A stretch of 64,000 bases of DNA from Bacilli bacterium (GTDB lineage: Bacteria > Bacillota_I > Bacilli_A > RF39 > UBA660), in the NCBI GenBank assembly GCA_017484205.1, contig JAFUTO010000032.1, positions 77,027-141,026 on the forward strand. Direction: 5' to 3'. The translations under genes and the position numbers were made by a program. The notes below the pieces were generated by a model. It saw nothing but the letters and a program-made list of their open reading frames with translations. It made no database searches and had not been told where the DNA came from. This document shows positions 1 to 9,853 of this stretch, piece after piece (positions within the stretch are counted from its first letter, which is position 1; the number at the start of each line of letters is the position of its first letter).

Positions 1-894
1 TTCAAATGCCTTACCGTCTACTTCAACAAATGGAAGTAATTGATCTACTTTAGTACCTACTAAATCAGATCCTTTATAACTATCTAATACTTTATATTCA
101 TCTCCTAATACTTTAGTGGCTAATGATTCAGCTAAAATAAATTTATAACCTTGACTCTCTACTTTTAAATATGTTAAATCAGGATTAACACATATAGCCA
201 CGTTAGCTATTAAAGTCCAAGGAGTAGTAGTCCATACTAAGAAATATACATCCTCATCACTTTTCTTAAATGGTACTATTACAGTATTAACAGAATCTTC
301 TTGATATCCTTGAGCAACTTCATTACTAGAAAGTTCAGTTCCACATCTAGGACAATAAGGTAATACTTTATTTCCATAATAAATTAAACCTTTCTTATCC
401 ATTTCTTTTAATATCCACCACTCAGATTCGATAAACTCATTATCACATGTAACATAAGGATTATCACAGTCAATAAATTGTCCCATCATATCAGTAATCT
501 TTTTAACTTCGTCTATATTAGTAGCAGTCTCTTCATTACATTCCTTACAGAAGTTTTCAATACCAAATTCTTCAATATCAGATTTGTTTTTAAAACCTAA
601 CTTTTTTTCTACATTAACTTCAATTGGAAGTCCATGAGTATCTAGACCAATCTTTCTTAAAACTCTATATCCTTGCATTACTTTATATTTAGTAAATGCA
701 TCTTTTATTGTTTTTGCGAATACATGATGTATACCTGGTTTAGCATTAGCATATATAGGTCCATCATAAAAGACATAGTCTTCGCATCCTTCTCTATTTT
801 GAATACTTTTATTAAAGATATCTTGTTTTTTCCAATCTAAAAGTATATCTTTTTCAACCTCACTAATTTTTCTTTTATCTAATTCTCTAAACAT
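1..894 (-). CDS. ileS: isoleucine--tRNA ligase, N-terminal ~298 aa (gene continues past the left window edge)
   Basis: Absent from the ORF track because it has no stop in the window. Own translation from ATG (complement of 892-894): MFRELDKRKISEVEKDILLDWKKQDIFNKSIQNREGCEDYVFYDGPIYANAKPGIHHVFAKTIKDAFTKYKVMQGY... This shows a class I aaRS HIGH-type motif (PGIHH) and an IleRS-like N-terminus. A T-box leader lies directly upstream. Confidence 0.8.
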   Translation of the reverse strand, partial: MFRELDKRKISEVEKDILLDWKKQDIFNKSIQNREGCEDYVFYDGPIYANAKPGIHHVFAKTIKDAFTKYKVMQGYRVLRKIGLDTHGLPIEVNVEKKLGFKNKSDIEEFGIENFCKECNEETATNIDEVKKITDMMGQFIDCDNPYVTCDNEFIESEWWILKEMDKKGLIYYGNKVLPYCPRCGTELSSNEVAQGYQEDSVNTVIVPFKKSDEDVYFLVWTTTPWTLIANVAICVNPDLTYLKVESQGYKFILAESLATKVLGDEYKVLDSYKGSDLVGTKVDQLLPFVEVDGKAFE

Positions 895-904
895 ATTTGC
901 CTCC

Positions 905-1100
905 TTATAAATAAAAAAACTCAATCCTATTAAGGACGAGTTATCGTGGTACCACCTTATTTTGTTCTCAAAACTATAACGCGTTACCGTTTATATCTTA
1001 TCCATATAAAACATCAGAAGTGATTTGTATATTACCTTCATGTTAGTTTCCATCAACCACTAACTTTCTATAAATCCCTTAATATACCGTCTTCATCAAT
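905..1100 (-). promoter_or_regulatory. T-box leader (tRNA-sensing attenuator) of ileS
   Basis: Minus strand reads AATAAGGTGGTACCACGATAACTCGTCC (T-box consensus AAnnnGGGTGGTACCGCG; core at 943-962). It overlaps a terminator hairpin AACTCGTCCT-taat-AGGATTGAGTT plus a T7 run (913-942). A candidate specifier ATC followed by A lies at 1021-1024 (Ile codon). Confidence 0.7.
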
Positions 1101-1105
1101 TGTTT

Positions 1106-1564
1106 TTAGAAATCTATTTTTTCAATATCATCTACCATCTCTAATTGCGCTTCTAACTGATCTCTTAGTTTTCTTTTAAAAACATTTATATTTCTTCTAA
1201 GCATTGCTGCTTCTCTTTCAGTATTCTCCGCTTTTATTAAAGCATCATTAACAATTCGATTAGCATTTCTTTTTGCATCACCTAATATAAGTTCGCTTTC
1301 TTTGATAGTATTTAACTTCATTTGTTCACTTGTCCTTTGAGCCATTAATATAGCTTCTCTAAGTGTTTGTTCCATACCTTCATATCTAGTTAACTTATCT
1401 TTAATAGTTGGATAATCGTTTATTTGCTCCTCTAATTCTTTTATATGCAAATCTTTCGCTTTTGATTCTTCAACTATCTTCTCCACTTGGGTGATCACTT
1501 TATCCAAAAACTCATTTACTTCTATTGGATCATAACCATGAAGTGTTCTATTAAATCTATCCAT
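1106..1564 (-). CDS. divIVA: DivIVA-domain cell division protein
   Basis: N-terminus MDRFNRTLHGYDPIEVNEFLDKV matches the DivIVA/GpsB N-terminal motif (F..GY...EV.EFLD); the remainder is coiled-coil. Adjacent to sepF and ileS. Confidence 0.8.
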   Translation of the reverse strand: MDRFNRTLHGYDPIEVNEFLDKVITQVEKIVEESKAKDLHIKELEEQINDYPTIKDKLTRYEGMEQTLREAILMAQRTSEQMKLNTIKESELILGDAKRNANRIVNDALIKAENTEREAAMLRRNINVFKRKLRDQLEAQLEMVDDIEKIDF

Positions 1565-1616
1565 ATCTCACCTCTGGTGCCATTTATTGTAACACATAAT
1601 TACATTTTTGACAATA

Positions 1617-2027
1617 CTACCATTGAATATCTAAATCTTCATTATTATGAGTATTCTTTTCATCTTTATCATTAGATATTTTACCTTCTACATTAACATT
1701 CTTAGGAGTACATAAAAATGATCCTCCACCGATATTTTGCATAGTTCCGCCAATTGCGTATACTGCACCTGATACAAAATCAGCAATACGTTTAGCTTGG
1801 TCTTTTGTAACTCTCTTAAGATTTAATACAACAGTATTTCTTTTCTTTAAATAATCAGCTATTTGAGTTGCTTCAGAATAAGCTCTTGGTTCAAATAATA
1901 TCATATTACTTGTTCCCTTTGGTGTTGCCTCTTCTGGTGTTACATCATAAAATTGTTCAGTAACACTATCATCATCTAACATTTCATCTTCACTTTTAAA
2001 TATGTCCTTGAATATATTTTTTGCCAT
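1617..2027 (-). CDS. sepF: cell division protein SepF
   Basis: Core MILFEPRAYSEATQIADYLKKRNTVVLNLKRVTKDQAKRIADFVSGAVYAIGGTMQNIGGGSFLCTP is SepF-like. Start moved to MAKNIFK (ATG complement of 2025-2027), just downstream of AGGAGGAA. Confidence 0.85.
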   Translation of the reverse strand: MAKNIFKDIFKSEDEMLDDDSVTEQFYDVTPEEATPKGTSNMILFEPRAYSEATQIADYLKKRNTVVLNLKRVTKDQAKRIADFVSGAVYAIGGTMQNIGGGSFLCTPKNVNVEGKISNDKDEKNTHNNEDLDIQW

Positions 2028-2123
2028 ATAAATTCCTCCTACGATTACTATACTATTTAATTTTAACATAAATTAATTAAAAAATAAAGATATTCATAGA
2101 AAAAACAAACAAAAAAAGACTTA

Positions 2124-2687
2124 TTAAGCCTTTTTAGTTGCAGTTTTTTTAGCTGTAGTTTTCGCAGCTGGTTTTTTTGCAGTTGTTTTTGTAGTAGTCT
2201 TAGTTGTAGCTTTAGCAGCTGGTTTTTTTGCAGCAGTTTTAGTAGCTGGTTTAGCTTCTTCTTTTTTAGTTTCAACTTTAGCAGTTTCTTTTTTAGGAGC
2301 TGCCTTTACTTCTTTAACTGGTTCTAATTTACCTTCTAATGCTTGTTTAGCTGTTTTAACTAATTCAGCAAATGCTTTTTCATCATTAATAGCTATTTCA
2401 GCTAACATTTTACGGTTAATATTAATACCTGCTTTATTTAAACCATCAATAAATTTAGAATAACTAATTTCATTTAATCTACAAGCAGCATTAATTCTAG
2501 TAATCCATAATTTTCTGAAATCTCTTTTCTTTTGTCTTCTATCTCTATATGCATATTTACCTGAATGCATTAATTGTTCTTTAGCAGTTCTATATAATCT
2601 ATGTTTACTACCAAAGTATCCTTTTGCTTCTTTTAATACTTTCGCACGACGAGCACGATGTATTGTTCCACCTTTAACTCTTGTCAT
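2124..2687 (-). CDS. rplT: 50S ribosomal protein L20 with ~70-aa Lys/Ala/Thr-rich C-terminal extension
   Basis: [68 protein letters not shown] is canonical L20. The tail [63 protein letters not shown] is extra. Confidence 0.95.
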   Translation of the reverse strand: MTRVKGGTIHRARRAKVLKEAKGYFGSKHRLYRTAKEQLMHSGKYAYRDRRQKKRDFRKLWITRINAACRLNEISYSKFIDGLNKAGININRKMLAEIAINDEKAFAELVKTAKQALEGKLEPVKEVKAAPKKETAKVETKKEEAKPATKTAAKKPAAKATTKTTTKTTAKKPAAKTTAKKTATKKA

Positions 2688-2699
2688 AATCTCACCTTC

Positions 2700-2894
2700 C
2701 TATAATACGTCTTTTAATCTTTTATAATCGCCATTACTCATAATAGATGCATTTCTTCCAACTCTATTTGAAGCGGCATTTTTCTTTCCAGTATTGTGTC
2801 TTGTTCCTGGATGACCAATTTTAACAGTTCCACCAGGTCTTACTTTAGTTACTTTTGCAGTACCTTTATGTGTCTTACTTTTAATCTTTGACAT
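2700..2894 (-). CDS. rpmI: 50S ribosomal protein L35
   Basis: MSKIKSKTHKGTAKVTKVRPGGTVKIGHPGTRHNTGKK is L35-like; position between infC and rplT. Confidence 0.9.
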   Translation of the reverse strand: MSKIKSKTHKGTAKVTKVRPGGTVKIGHPGTRHNTGKKNAASNRVGRNASIMSNGDYKRLKDVL

Positions 2895-2906
2895 ATCTAA
2901 ATCCTC

Positions 2907-3428
2907 CTATTTTTTTATTGGCATAAGTATCATTGTCATAAAGCGTCCTTCTAAGTTTGGTTTTTGTTCTATAGTAGCTACATCTTCTAATGACTTAGAA
3001 AATCTAACTAAAACATCTTCACCTAGATCTGTATGAGCCATTTCTCTACCTTTGAAACGAACTGAAGCTTTAACTTTGTGTCCTTTTTCTAGGTATTTTT
3101 TTGCATTATTAACCCTTGTATTGAAATCATGAATATCAATATTAACTGATAATCTATATTCCTTCATTTCTAAATTAGCTTCTCTTTGTTTTTTAATATT
3201 TTCTTTTGCTCTTTTTTTATTTTCATACTTGAATTTATTGTAATCCATAATTTTACATACTGGTGGATTACCATTTGAATTCATAAGTACTAAATCAAAT
3301 CCAGCAAAATTAGCTAATGTTAGGGCATCTTTTATAGGTTTTACGCCTAATTGTTCCCCATTTGGTCCAATAACCATAACTTCTTTGGCTCTTATTTGTT
3401 CATTGATGAACATATCTTTATTTGCGAT
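2907..3428 (-). CDS. infC: translation initiation factor IF-3 (probable non-AUG start)
   Basis: INEQIRAKEVMVIGPNGEQLGV...CKIMDYNKFKYE...KEYRLSVNIDIHDFNTRVNNAKKYLEKGHKVKASVRFKGRE is IF-3. Conserved N-terminal residues (IANKD) lie upstream of the first ATG (3413). An in-frame ATC at 3426-3428 lies 8 nt after GGAGG. The track start at 3470 is inside the leader. Confidence 0.85.
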   Translation of the reverse strand: MANKDMFINEQIRAKEVMVIGPNGEQLGVKPIKDALTLANFAGFDLVLMNSNGNPPVCKIMDYNKFKYENKKRAKENIKKQREANLEMKEYRLSVNIDIHDFNTRVNNAKKYLEKGHKVKASVRFKGREMAHTDLGEDVLVRFSKSLEDVATIEQKPNLEGRFMTMILMPIKK

Positions 3429-3593
3429 ACGAAACACCTCCAAATTATCAAAAAAAGATGCTAGAAGCATCCACTCAAAAAAACACCAAAACAGGCATTT
3501 AACCCAAAGCTATGTGCAATCGGGTGAGTGAAACACTTCTTTCCTTTTTTCAAATACGTATCAAATTATATATTATTTTATTAATTTTGTCAA
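3429..3593 (-). promoter_or_regulatory. infC-rpmI-rplT promoter plus L20-type leader with intrinsic attenuator
   Basis: Minus strand has TTGACA (3588-3593), 17 nt, then TATAAT (3565-3570). A ~100-nt relatively GC-rich leader follows, then hairpin GGATGCT-tct-AGCATC plus a T7 run (3451-3472) just before the infC SD. This architecture matches the Firmicutes L20 leader. Confidence 0.55.
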
Positions 3594-3596
3594 TAC

Positions 3597-4154
3597 TTAA
3601 GCTCTAGAAACATATTCACCATCTTTTGTAGAGATAATAACTACTTCATTTTCTTCTACAAATAATGGTACTCTTACTACTAATCCTGTTTCTAAAGTAG
3701 CGTCTTTAGTTGCGTTATTAGTTGTATTTCCTTTAACAGCTGGTTCAGTATGAGTTACTGTAAGTTCAACTTTATCAGGTAAAATAAGTCCTAATAACTC
3801 ACCTTGATAGAAACTGATATTTACATCTAAACCTTCTTTTAAATATAATACATCATCACCAATTTGATCTTTAGTAAGTTCAATTTGTTCATAAGTTTCC
3901 ATATCCATAAAGCTATAAGATTCTCCACTTGCATATAAAAATTGCATAGCTTTCTTTTCAATCATAGCTTTTTCTAATTTTACACCACTATTGAATCTAA
4001 CAACAACTGTAGAACCAGTTTTTAGATTTCTTAATTTAGCTTGAACAAATGCTGCACCTTTACCAGGTTTAACATGTGAAAATTCCAAGCATGAATATAT
4101 ACTTCCTTCATATAAGAAAGTGACACCTACTTTTATATCATTAACATTAAACAT
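3597..4154 (-). CDS. efp: elongation factor P
   Basis: MFNVNDIKVGVTFLYEGSIYSCLEFSHVKPGKGAAFVQAKLRNLKTGS is canonical EF-P; full length 185 aa. Confidence 0.95.
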   Translation of the reverse strand: MFNVNDIKVGVTFLYEGSIYSCLEFSHVKPGKGAAFVQAKLRNLKTGSTVVVRFNSGVKLEKAMIEKKAMQFLYASGESYSFMDMETYEQIELTKDQIGDDVLYLKEGLDVNISFYQGELLGLILPDKVELTVTHTEPAVKGNTTNNATKDATLETGLVVRVPLFVEENEVVIISTKDGEYVSRA

Positions 4155-4166
4155 CTAATCACCTTC

Positions 4167-4334
4167 CTATTTCTTTTCTTTATGATCTGTTGTTTTTTTA
4201 CATTTAGGACAATATTTCTTTAATTCTAAACGATCAGTTGTATTTTTTTTATTTTTTTCTGTACGATAATTTTCTTCTTTACATTCACTACAAACTAAAG
4301 TTATTCTTTCTCTTGCTTCACCTTTTTTAGCCAT
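4167..4334 (-). CDS. rpmG: 50S ribosomal protein L33 (55 aa, below the ORF-track size cut-off)
   Basis: Own translation: [55 protein letters not shown]. It has the CxxC...CxxC zinc ribbon and the RITL/Y.T.KN signature of L33, with SD GGAGGGAAC upstream. Confidence 0.85.
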   Translation of the reverse strand: MAKKGEARERITLVCSECKEENYRTEKNKKNTTDRLELKKYCPKCKKTTDHKEKK

Positions 4335-4377
4335 AAAAGTTCCCTCCTTCTTGCATATACGTAAGTATTATATCAAA

Positions 4378-6396
4378 TTATTGATAAATTTCAAAGTATT
4401 TTTTTGAAACTTCGTAACTAATTCGTCTATTTACGTAACTTCTAATAGTTCTACCACTCCTATAATAACCTATATCAGGAGATACTATAGTAAATGTAAC
4501 TTTAGGATTATCATATGGTACATATGCTACATAAGTATTAGATAAAGTCTCTGTATCAATAATACCATCTCCATCTGTATCAATAAAAGATTCACTTGTT
4601 CCTGTCTTACCAGCTGGGTTATATATATAATTAACATATCCATATCCAGTACCACTAGTACTCATCACTTCTCTAAGTCCTTCTTTCACTCTTTGCATAT
4701 AAATATCTTCAGTTTCTACTCTATTTAATTCCTTAACTTCATAACTATATTTTAATTGTGTTAATGGTTCATTAGTTCCATAATATACTTCCTTAAGTAA
4801 ATGCTTAGCTACTCTAACACCATTATTTGCAATGGTATCAATATATTGTGATAACATAAGTGGTGTATATGTATCATACTGACCTATGGCAAAATCAAGT
4901 AAATGCCCCGGTAGTTTACTAGTACCTTTATAGCCTAAACTTTCTACTGGCAAATCTATACCTGTAGATACACCTAATCCAAACATAGCAAAGGTATTTC
5001 TATATATATCAAAGGCAGATTCATCTATTGTAAGAGGCATATTATACCTATAACTACCCTTCCCTACATTAATTGCCGTATGAAATTGATATACATTTGA
5101 TGAATATTTTAAAGCTCCTATATCATTTAATGTACCTAATTTAGTCCATGAGCACTTAATAGGTGTTGAAGCTATTTTAATACAATTATCACTTCTAACT
5201 TCACCTATATGTAAGGCACCAGTATTATAGCCTACAATATGGGAAGCTGCTTTTATTGCTGACCCTACTGTAACAGGGGATGTTACTATACCTGCAGAAT
5301 AATCATAAGTATTATCATTTATAACTTGAACTCCTGCCATTGCTAGTATAGATCCTGTACTAGGTTCTGTTATAATGGCGTATGACCTATTATAATAAAT
5401 CATATTTTCATTAGCTATACTATATCTTATTTGATTTTCCAAAATATTTTCTATTTCCTTTTGTAACTCTATATCAATTGTAAGAACTATATCATTACCC
5501 CTTTTACCTTCTTCAACCAAAGTAAGAGACCCATCTTGTTCTACTTGATATTTATTTTTAGTACCTCTAAGTTCACTATCATATTGATATTCTAAATAAC
5601 TAGTTCCTACTCTATCATTTAATTCTAATCCTAATTCTAGATAATGATCTTTTAATTCACTAGGTATACCATTTTGTGATACATTACCTAAAATTGTTCT
5701 GAAAGTTTTACCATATGGATAATATCTATCCCAACTTATACTAGTTTTAACACCTTCTAAGTTACTTTCCGCCACACTTACATATTCTAGATCGGAGGCG
5801 CCTCTTTTAATCACTTTAGTATCACTATAATATCCTTTATTCATCAAATAATATATATATGATGATTCTTTATCTCTTTCATTAAAAGTGGATATATATT
5901 CATCTTTAACACGTTCTAATTTTAATGCTTTTATATCTTCTGAATTAAGTTTTCTTTCATCATATAATTTATATTCTTCTTCTGTTATTAAATCATTTGC
6001 TTTATCCTTATTATTTATAATCCAAAATTCTTTTAAAATACCCTTAGTTAAATTACTATAATCAACATCTAAAATATCAGCTAATTTATATGCAAGTTTT
6101 ATTTCTTCTTTAGTAGTCATTCCATTTTTTCTATACTCTATTACATTCACAACTTTATTATCTACAATAATTCTACCCAATGTATCATATATTCTACCTC
6201 TAGGTGCATCATCGCCATATATAATATTAGAAGTTAAGGTATTTAGTTTTTCTTTATATAGTTTATTATTGATAATTTGAACATAAAAAAGATTACATAC
6301 TAATATAGTCATGCATAATAATATAAGTATCTTTAAAATTGTAAGTCTTGTTCCAATGATTCTTTTTAAACTATATTTGTATTTCTTTTTTTTCAT
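4378..6396 (-). CDS. class B penicillin-binding protein (PBP2-type transpeptidase)
   Basis: N-terminal membrane anchor plus transpeptidase motifs SxxK (GSAIKAAS), SxN (YSSNVY) and KTG (AGKTGTSE). Confidence 0.85.
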   Translation of the reverse strand: MKKKKYKYSLKRIIGTRLTILKILILLCMTILVCNLFYVQIINNKLYKEKLNTLTSNIIYGDDAPRGRIYDTLGRIIVDNKVVNVIEYRKNGMTTKEEIKLAYKLADILDVDYSNLTKGILKEFWIINNKDKANDLITEEEYKLYDERKLNSEDIKALKLERVKDEYISTFNERDKESSYIYYLMNKGYYSDTKVIKRGASDLEYVSVAESNLEGVKTSISWDRYYPYGKTFRTILGNVSQNGIPSELKDHYLELGLELNDRVGTSYLEYQYDSELRGTKNKYQVEQDGSLTLVEEGKRGNDIVLTIDIELQKEIENILENQIRYSIANENMIYYNRSYAIITEPSTGSILAMAGVQVINDNTYDYSAGIVTSPVTVGSAIKAASHIVGYNTGALHIGEVRSDNCIKIASTPIKCSWTKLGTLNDIGALKYSSNVYQFHTAINVGKGSYRYNMPLTIDESAFDIYRNTFAMFGLGVSTGIDLPVESLGYKGTSKLPGHLLDFAIGQYDTYTPLMLSQYIDTIANNGVRVAKHLLKEVYYGTNEPLTQLKYSYEVKELNRVETEDIYMQRVKEGLREVMSTSGTGYGYVNYIYNPAGKTGTSESFIDTDGDGIIDTETLSNTYVAYVPYDNPKVTFTIVSPDIGYYRSGRTIRSYVNRRISYEVSKKYFEIYQ

Positions 6397-6450
6397 ATTA
6401 TTCTCCTTATAAGTAAATTATTAAAGTTATAAACATATTATGATATAGAG

Positions 6451-6717
6451 GTGTTTATGATTAATTTAATAAAAGAATATATTAATAAATTAGATAAAGG
6501 TAGCGTGAATACTTATTTAAATAATCAAGGTATACATCTAAATAGTAATGAACTTGATATAATATATAATCATCTTAAGAATAATTGGTATACATTTCTT
6601 TATGAAGATGATACCCCTATATTAAATGATATTAAAGAAAAACTAGATAATGATAATTATTTAAAACTACTTAATTTATATAAAAAGGCAAAAGAAAAAT
6701 ATAGTTTTTACCTATAA
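6451..6717 (+). CDS. hypothetical small protein
   Basis: ORF track only; GTG start; convergent with nfo. No motif recognised. Confidence 0.35.
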   Translation: MFMINLIKEYINKLDKGSVNTYLNNQGIHLNSNELDIIYNHLKNNWYTFLYEDDTPILNDIKEKLDNDNYLKLLNLYKKAKEKYSFYL

Positions 6718-7592
6718 TCTTCTCTTACCTCATCTAATAAATTACTATTAAAAATATTATCACGAATCATTTTTATTTCATGTTTATATGGTGGATATTC
6801 TTTATCTATATAAGGTGTTTCTAATATTTTAGGAACATCTTTTAATTTAGGATTATATATTATATTACTTAATGTATCAAAACCTATTGTTCCAAAACCA
6901 ATATTTTCATGTCTGTCTTTATGAGAATTTATAGGATTCTTACTATCATTAATATGTACACATCCTATGCGTTCTATTCCTATTATCCTATCAAATTCTT
7001 CTAACACTTCATCAAACTTACTCATATCATACCCAGCGTCATTCATGTGACATGTATCTAGGCATACCATTAATTTATTATTTAGTTTAACTCCATCTAT
7101 AATAGTTTTTATCTCTTCAAATGTTTTACCTAATTCACTACCTTTTCCTGCCATAGTTTCTAAACAAATAATTGGTTTCATATCACTTTCAATCACCATA
7201 TTTAACCCATCTATTATATTTTGAAGGCCTATTTCTACACCTAATCCTACATGACTACCTGGGTGCAAAACTATTTTAGATATGCCTAGTTCTTCACTTC
7301 TTCTAATCTCTTTTTTTAAAAAATCTACGGAAAAATCCATATTAGCTCTATTAGCTAAATTTATTATATATGGTGCGTGTATAATAACATTATTTATATC
7401 TATATTATTTTCTTTCATTAAAGCTTTTGCTTCTTCTGTTATATTTTTATCTATAGGTAATCTAAAAGTATTTTGAGGGGCACCTGTATAAAACATAAAT
7501 GTATTAGAATTATAAGTAAGTGCCTCTTTAACACTACCAAGTAATCCATCATTTTTATTATATCCTACATGACTTCCTATTATTAAATCCAT
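6708..7592 (-). CDS. nfo: deoxyribonuclease IV (endonuclease IV)
   Basis: IGSHVG...IIHAPYIINLA...VLHPGSHVG...CLETMAGKG...LDTCHMNDAGYD...HINDSKNP..SHKDRHENIG matches the Nfo TIM-barrel metal-binding motifs. Confidence 0.9.
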   Translation of the reverse strand: MDLIIGSHVGYNKNDGLLGSVKEALTYNSNTFMFYTGAPQNTFRLPIDKNITEEAKALMKENNIDINNVIIHAPYIINLANRANMDFSVDFLKKEIRRSEELGISKIVLHPGSHVGLGVEIGLQNIIDGLNMVIESDMKPIICLETMAGKGSELGKTFEEIKTIIDGVKLNNKLMVCLDTCHMNDAGYDMSKFDEVLEEFDRIIGIERIGCVHINDSKNPINSHKDRHENIGFGTIGFDTLSNIIYNPKLKDVPKILETPYIDKEYPPYKHEIKMIRDNIFNSNLLDEVREDYR

Positions 7593-7641
7593 AATATCAC
7601 CAATTTAATTATATAAAATCAAAAGAAAAAAGTCTATAAGA

Positions 7642-8061
7642 CTATTTAAGTGATAATATTTTTTTATATCCACCAAAACTTGCTTCTATTGAATTGCCAT
7701 TGGGATTAATTTTAGTTGTTACTTTCTTACAAACTAATTTATCATTCTCATCGCGAAGTAAAGTATATCCATCTGGGGCCTTATATATAATTTTTTCATT
7801 CAAAGAAAAAACAGTTGGAACAGTATATTCTTCTACCTCTTCATACTCTGGAATATATTCTATATCCGCATCTATTCCTTTATCAAGTAAATCTTTTTTC
7901 ATATGTTTCATTTGATGATCTATACCATTATTATGAACTATATTTAATGTTTTTGTAATTAAACATACATGTTCACTATGATCTATATTATTATCATATA
8001 TGCCTAATGAAATCGTACCTGTTAATAGTGCAATCCCTGCGTATACTTTTATTTTTTTCAT
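7642..8061 (-). CDS. hypothetical secreted protein
   Basis: ORF track; N-terminal signal-like segment MKKIKVYAGIALLTGTISLG. Confidence 0.4.
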   Translation of the reverse strand: MKKIKVYAGIALLTGTISLGIYDNNIDHSEHVCLITKTLNIVHNNGIDHQMKHMKKDLLDKGIDADIEYIPEYEEVEEYTVPTVFSLNEKIIYKAPDGYTLLRDENDKLVCKKVTTKINPNGNSIEASFGGYKKILSLK

Positions 8062-8070
8062 TTTTCCTCC

Positions 8071-8394
8071 TTAATCTATATGACTTGTAACTTTATCAAA
8101 GAAATCAACAATACCAGTTCTAATAAAACTACCTACCATATTTGACAATTCCAAACTCCTTCTAGATATATTATTAGAATAGTCTTTATCTTTTGTTACA
8201 TAATTATTAACATCTATCGCATTACCATTTCTAACATCTTCTTCAAACTTTTGTATACCATCTTCTGTTAAAACACTTTTTTGATAATTACTATATGCAT
8301 ATGATCCATTCATATCAGATAAATATATTGTGATATAAAAAAATAGTAAAGTAATAAGTATAAATTTAAATAAATTAGTTACTTTCTTTTTCAT
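8071..8394 (-). CDS. hypothetical membrane-anchored protein
   Basis: ORF track; single N-terminal TM (LFKFILITLLFFYITIYL); 20-nt overlap with the upstream spoIIP-like gene. Confidence 0.4.
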   Translation of the reverse strand: MKKKVTNLFKFILITLLFFYITIYLSDMNGSYAYSNYQKSVLTEDGIQKFEEDVRNGNAIDVNNYVTKDKDYSNNISRRSLELSNMVGSFIRTGIVDFFDKVTSHID

Positions 8395-9262
8395 CCAAAA
8401 CCTCCTTTATTATTGGAACTAGTATATTAATAGTGTTGTTTATCTCTTCCCATGTATTATTATTACTCCCTAATTCCAGTAGTATGGCACCTTTGTTTAA
8501 GTCTTGATTATAAGAGTCATGTTGATAGCTTTTATCTTTAATCATAATACCCTTAGAAACACCTGGATATTTTGCTTTTAATTTATCACTTATATTTGTA
8601 GCTAATTCTAAGTTATCCTTATATGTATCATATCTAACACCTTGGACAAATAATATTTTGGCATAATTAACATCATCAATAGTAACATATGAATACTTTC
8701 TTTCAACCGCATCTCTATGTAAGTCTATTACAAGTTCTATATCAGGATATATTTCTAATGCATTTATGACATATTTTCTACTAATGGCATACGCTTGATA
8801 AAAAGTGGAATAAGATGTATCTAAATATGGTGTTACTCTATTATCTTCGACAAGAGTTGCAATACCAACACTATCTAATTTTTCTTTCATTAATCTAGCT
8901 GCTTCACGTACACCTGCTACATTTTCCAGATAAGCTTCACCATCATGAGTATTATAAATATATACTTTTGGTGTTATTGATTTTGTAAATAATACATTAC
9001 TGGACTCATAAATTTCTTTTTCTACAACATTAAAAGGCGTATCTATTTCAAATATATATTTAAATATTCTATTAGATATATCATTATTGTTTTCAATATG
9101 AGGATTTATACTGGTAAGTAATGATGAAACTATATCTTTATTATCACCTGATAATGTTGGGACCTCTTTAATATATGAAATTCCTAAATAAATGATACCA
9201 ATTAGTAATATAAACCATATTATTTTTAAACTATATTTTTTCTTTGTTTTAAACTTTTTCAT
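8375..9262 (-). CDS. spoIIP: stage II sporulation protein P-like amidase
   Basis: N-terminal TM, then VYIYNTHDGEAY ... IDLHRDA ... LLELGSNNNTWEE, resembling SpoIIP signatures (IYHTH..E.Y, D.HRD, E.G). Start moved to MKKFKTKKK. Confidence 0.65.
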   Translation of the reverse strand: MKKFKTKKKYSLKIIWFILLIGIIYLGISYIKEVPTLSGDNKDIVSSLLTSINPHIENNNDISNRIFKYIFEIDTPFNVVEKEIYESSNVLFTKSITPKVYIYNTHDGEAYLENVAGVREAARLMKEKLDSVGIATLVEDNRVTPYLDTSYSTFYQAYAISRKYVINALEIYPDIELVIDLHRDAVERKYSYVTIDDVNYAKILFVQGVRYDTYKDNLELATNISDKLKAKYPGVSKGIMIKDKSYQHDSYNQDLNKGAILLELGSNNNTWEEINNTINILVPIIKEVLDEKESN

Positions 9263-9529
9263 CTTATCACCAATATAAGTATAGAACTTAGACTGCAATT
9301 ATTTTGTCTAAAAAAGAAATAGTGTAAAATTTTAGGAATATATTACCTTTTTTATTGTATTTGTTGCATGTACTTTGTTTACGTTTTATTTTTATAGATA
9401 AAATGATTATTTAATATATGAAATTTCATATATTATATTGGCAATTAAAAAAGAAAAAATATAATATTTTATTGCTTTTTTATTTGTTTTTTGTTAAAAT
9501 TATATATGTTTAAAGACGGAGGTGATATT

Positions 9530-9790
9530 ATGGCAAATATGAAGAACGCAAAAAAAGCTATTAAAGTTATCGAAAGAAAAAGAATTGAAAATAGAGATTA
9601 TGAAGCAAGTATGAAAACAGCTATGAAAAATGTTGAAAAAGCTGTAACAGCTAAAGATAAAGAAAAAGCGGAAAAAGAATTAAAAGTTGCTATTAAAAGA
9701 ATAGATAAAGCTGTAGCAGCTGGTGTTACAACTAAAAACTTCAGTGCACGTAACAAATCACGTCTTACTAAAAAAGTAAATGCAATGTAA
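9530..9790 (+). CDS. rpsT: 30S ribosomal protein S20
   Basis: MANMKNAKKAIKVIERKRIENRDYEASMKTAMKN... is S20-like; GGAGGTG SD 7 nt upstream of ATG 9530. Confidence 0.9.
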   Translation: MANMKNAKKAIKVIERKRIENRDYEASMKTAMKNVEKAVTAKDKEKAEKELKVAIKRIDKAVAAGVTTKNFSARNKSRLTKKVNAM

Positions 9791-9792
9791 TA

Positions 9793-9822
9793 AAATGTAG
9801 ATTATGTCTACATTTTTATTTT
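9793..9822 (+). terminator. intrinsic terminator of rpsT
   Basis: AAATGTAGA-ttatg-TCTACATTT followed by a T-rich run. Confidence 0.6.
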
Positions 9823-9853
9823 ATTTTTATGTATAATATAGTTAGGTGATTGT

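Noticed and set aside
9415-9434. 20-bp perfect palindrome ATATATGAAATTTCATATAT upstream of rpsT as a regulatory operator.
   Set aside because: AT-only palindromes of this size are common by chance in such AT-rich intergenic DNA. There is no second copy or associated regulator in the window.
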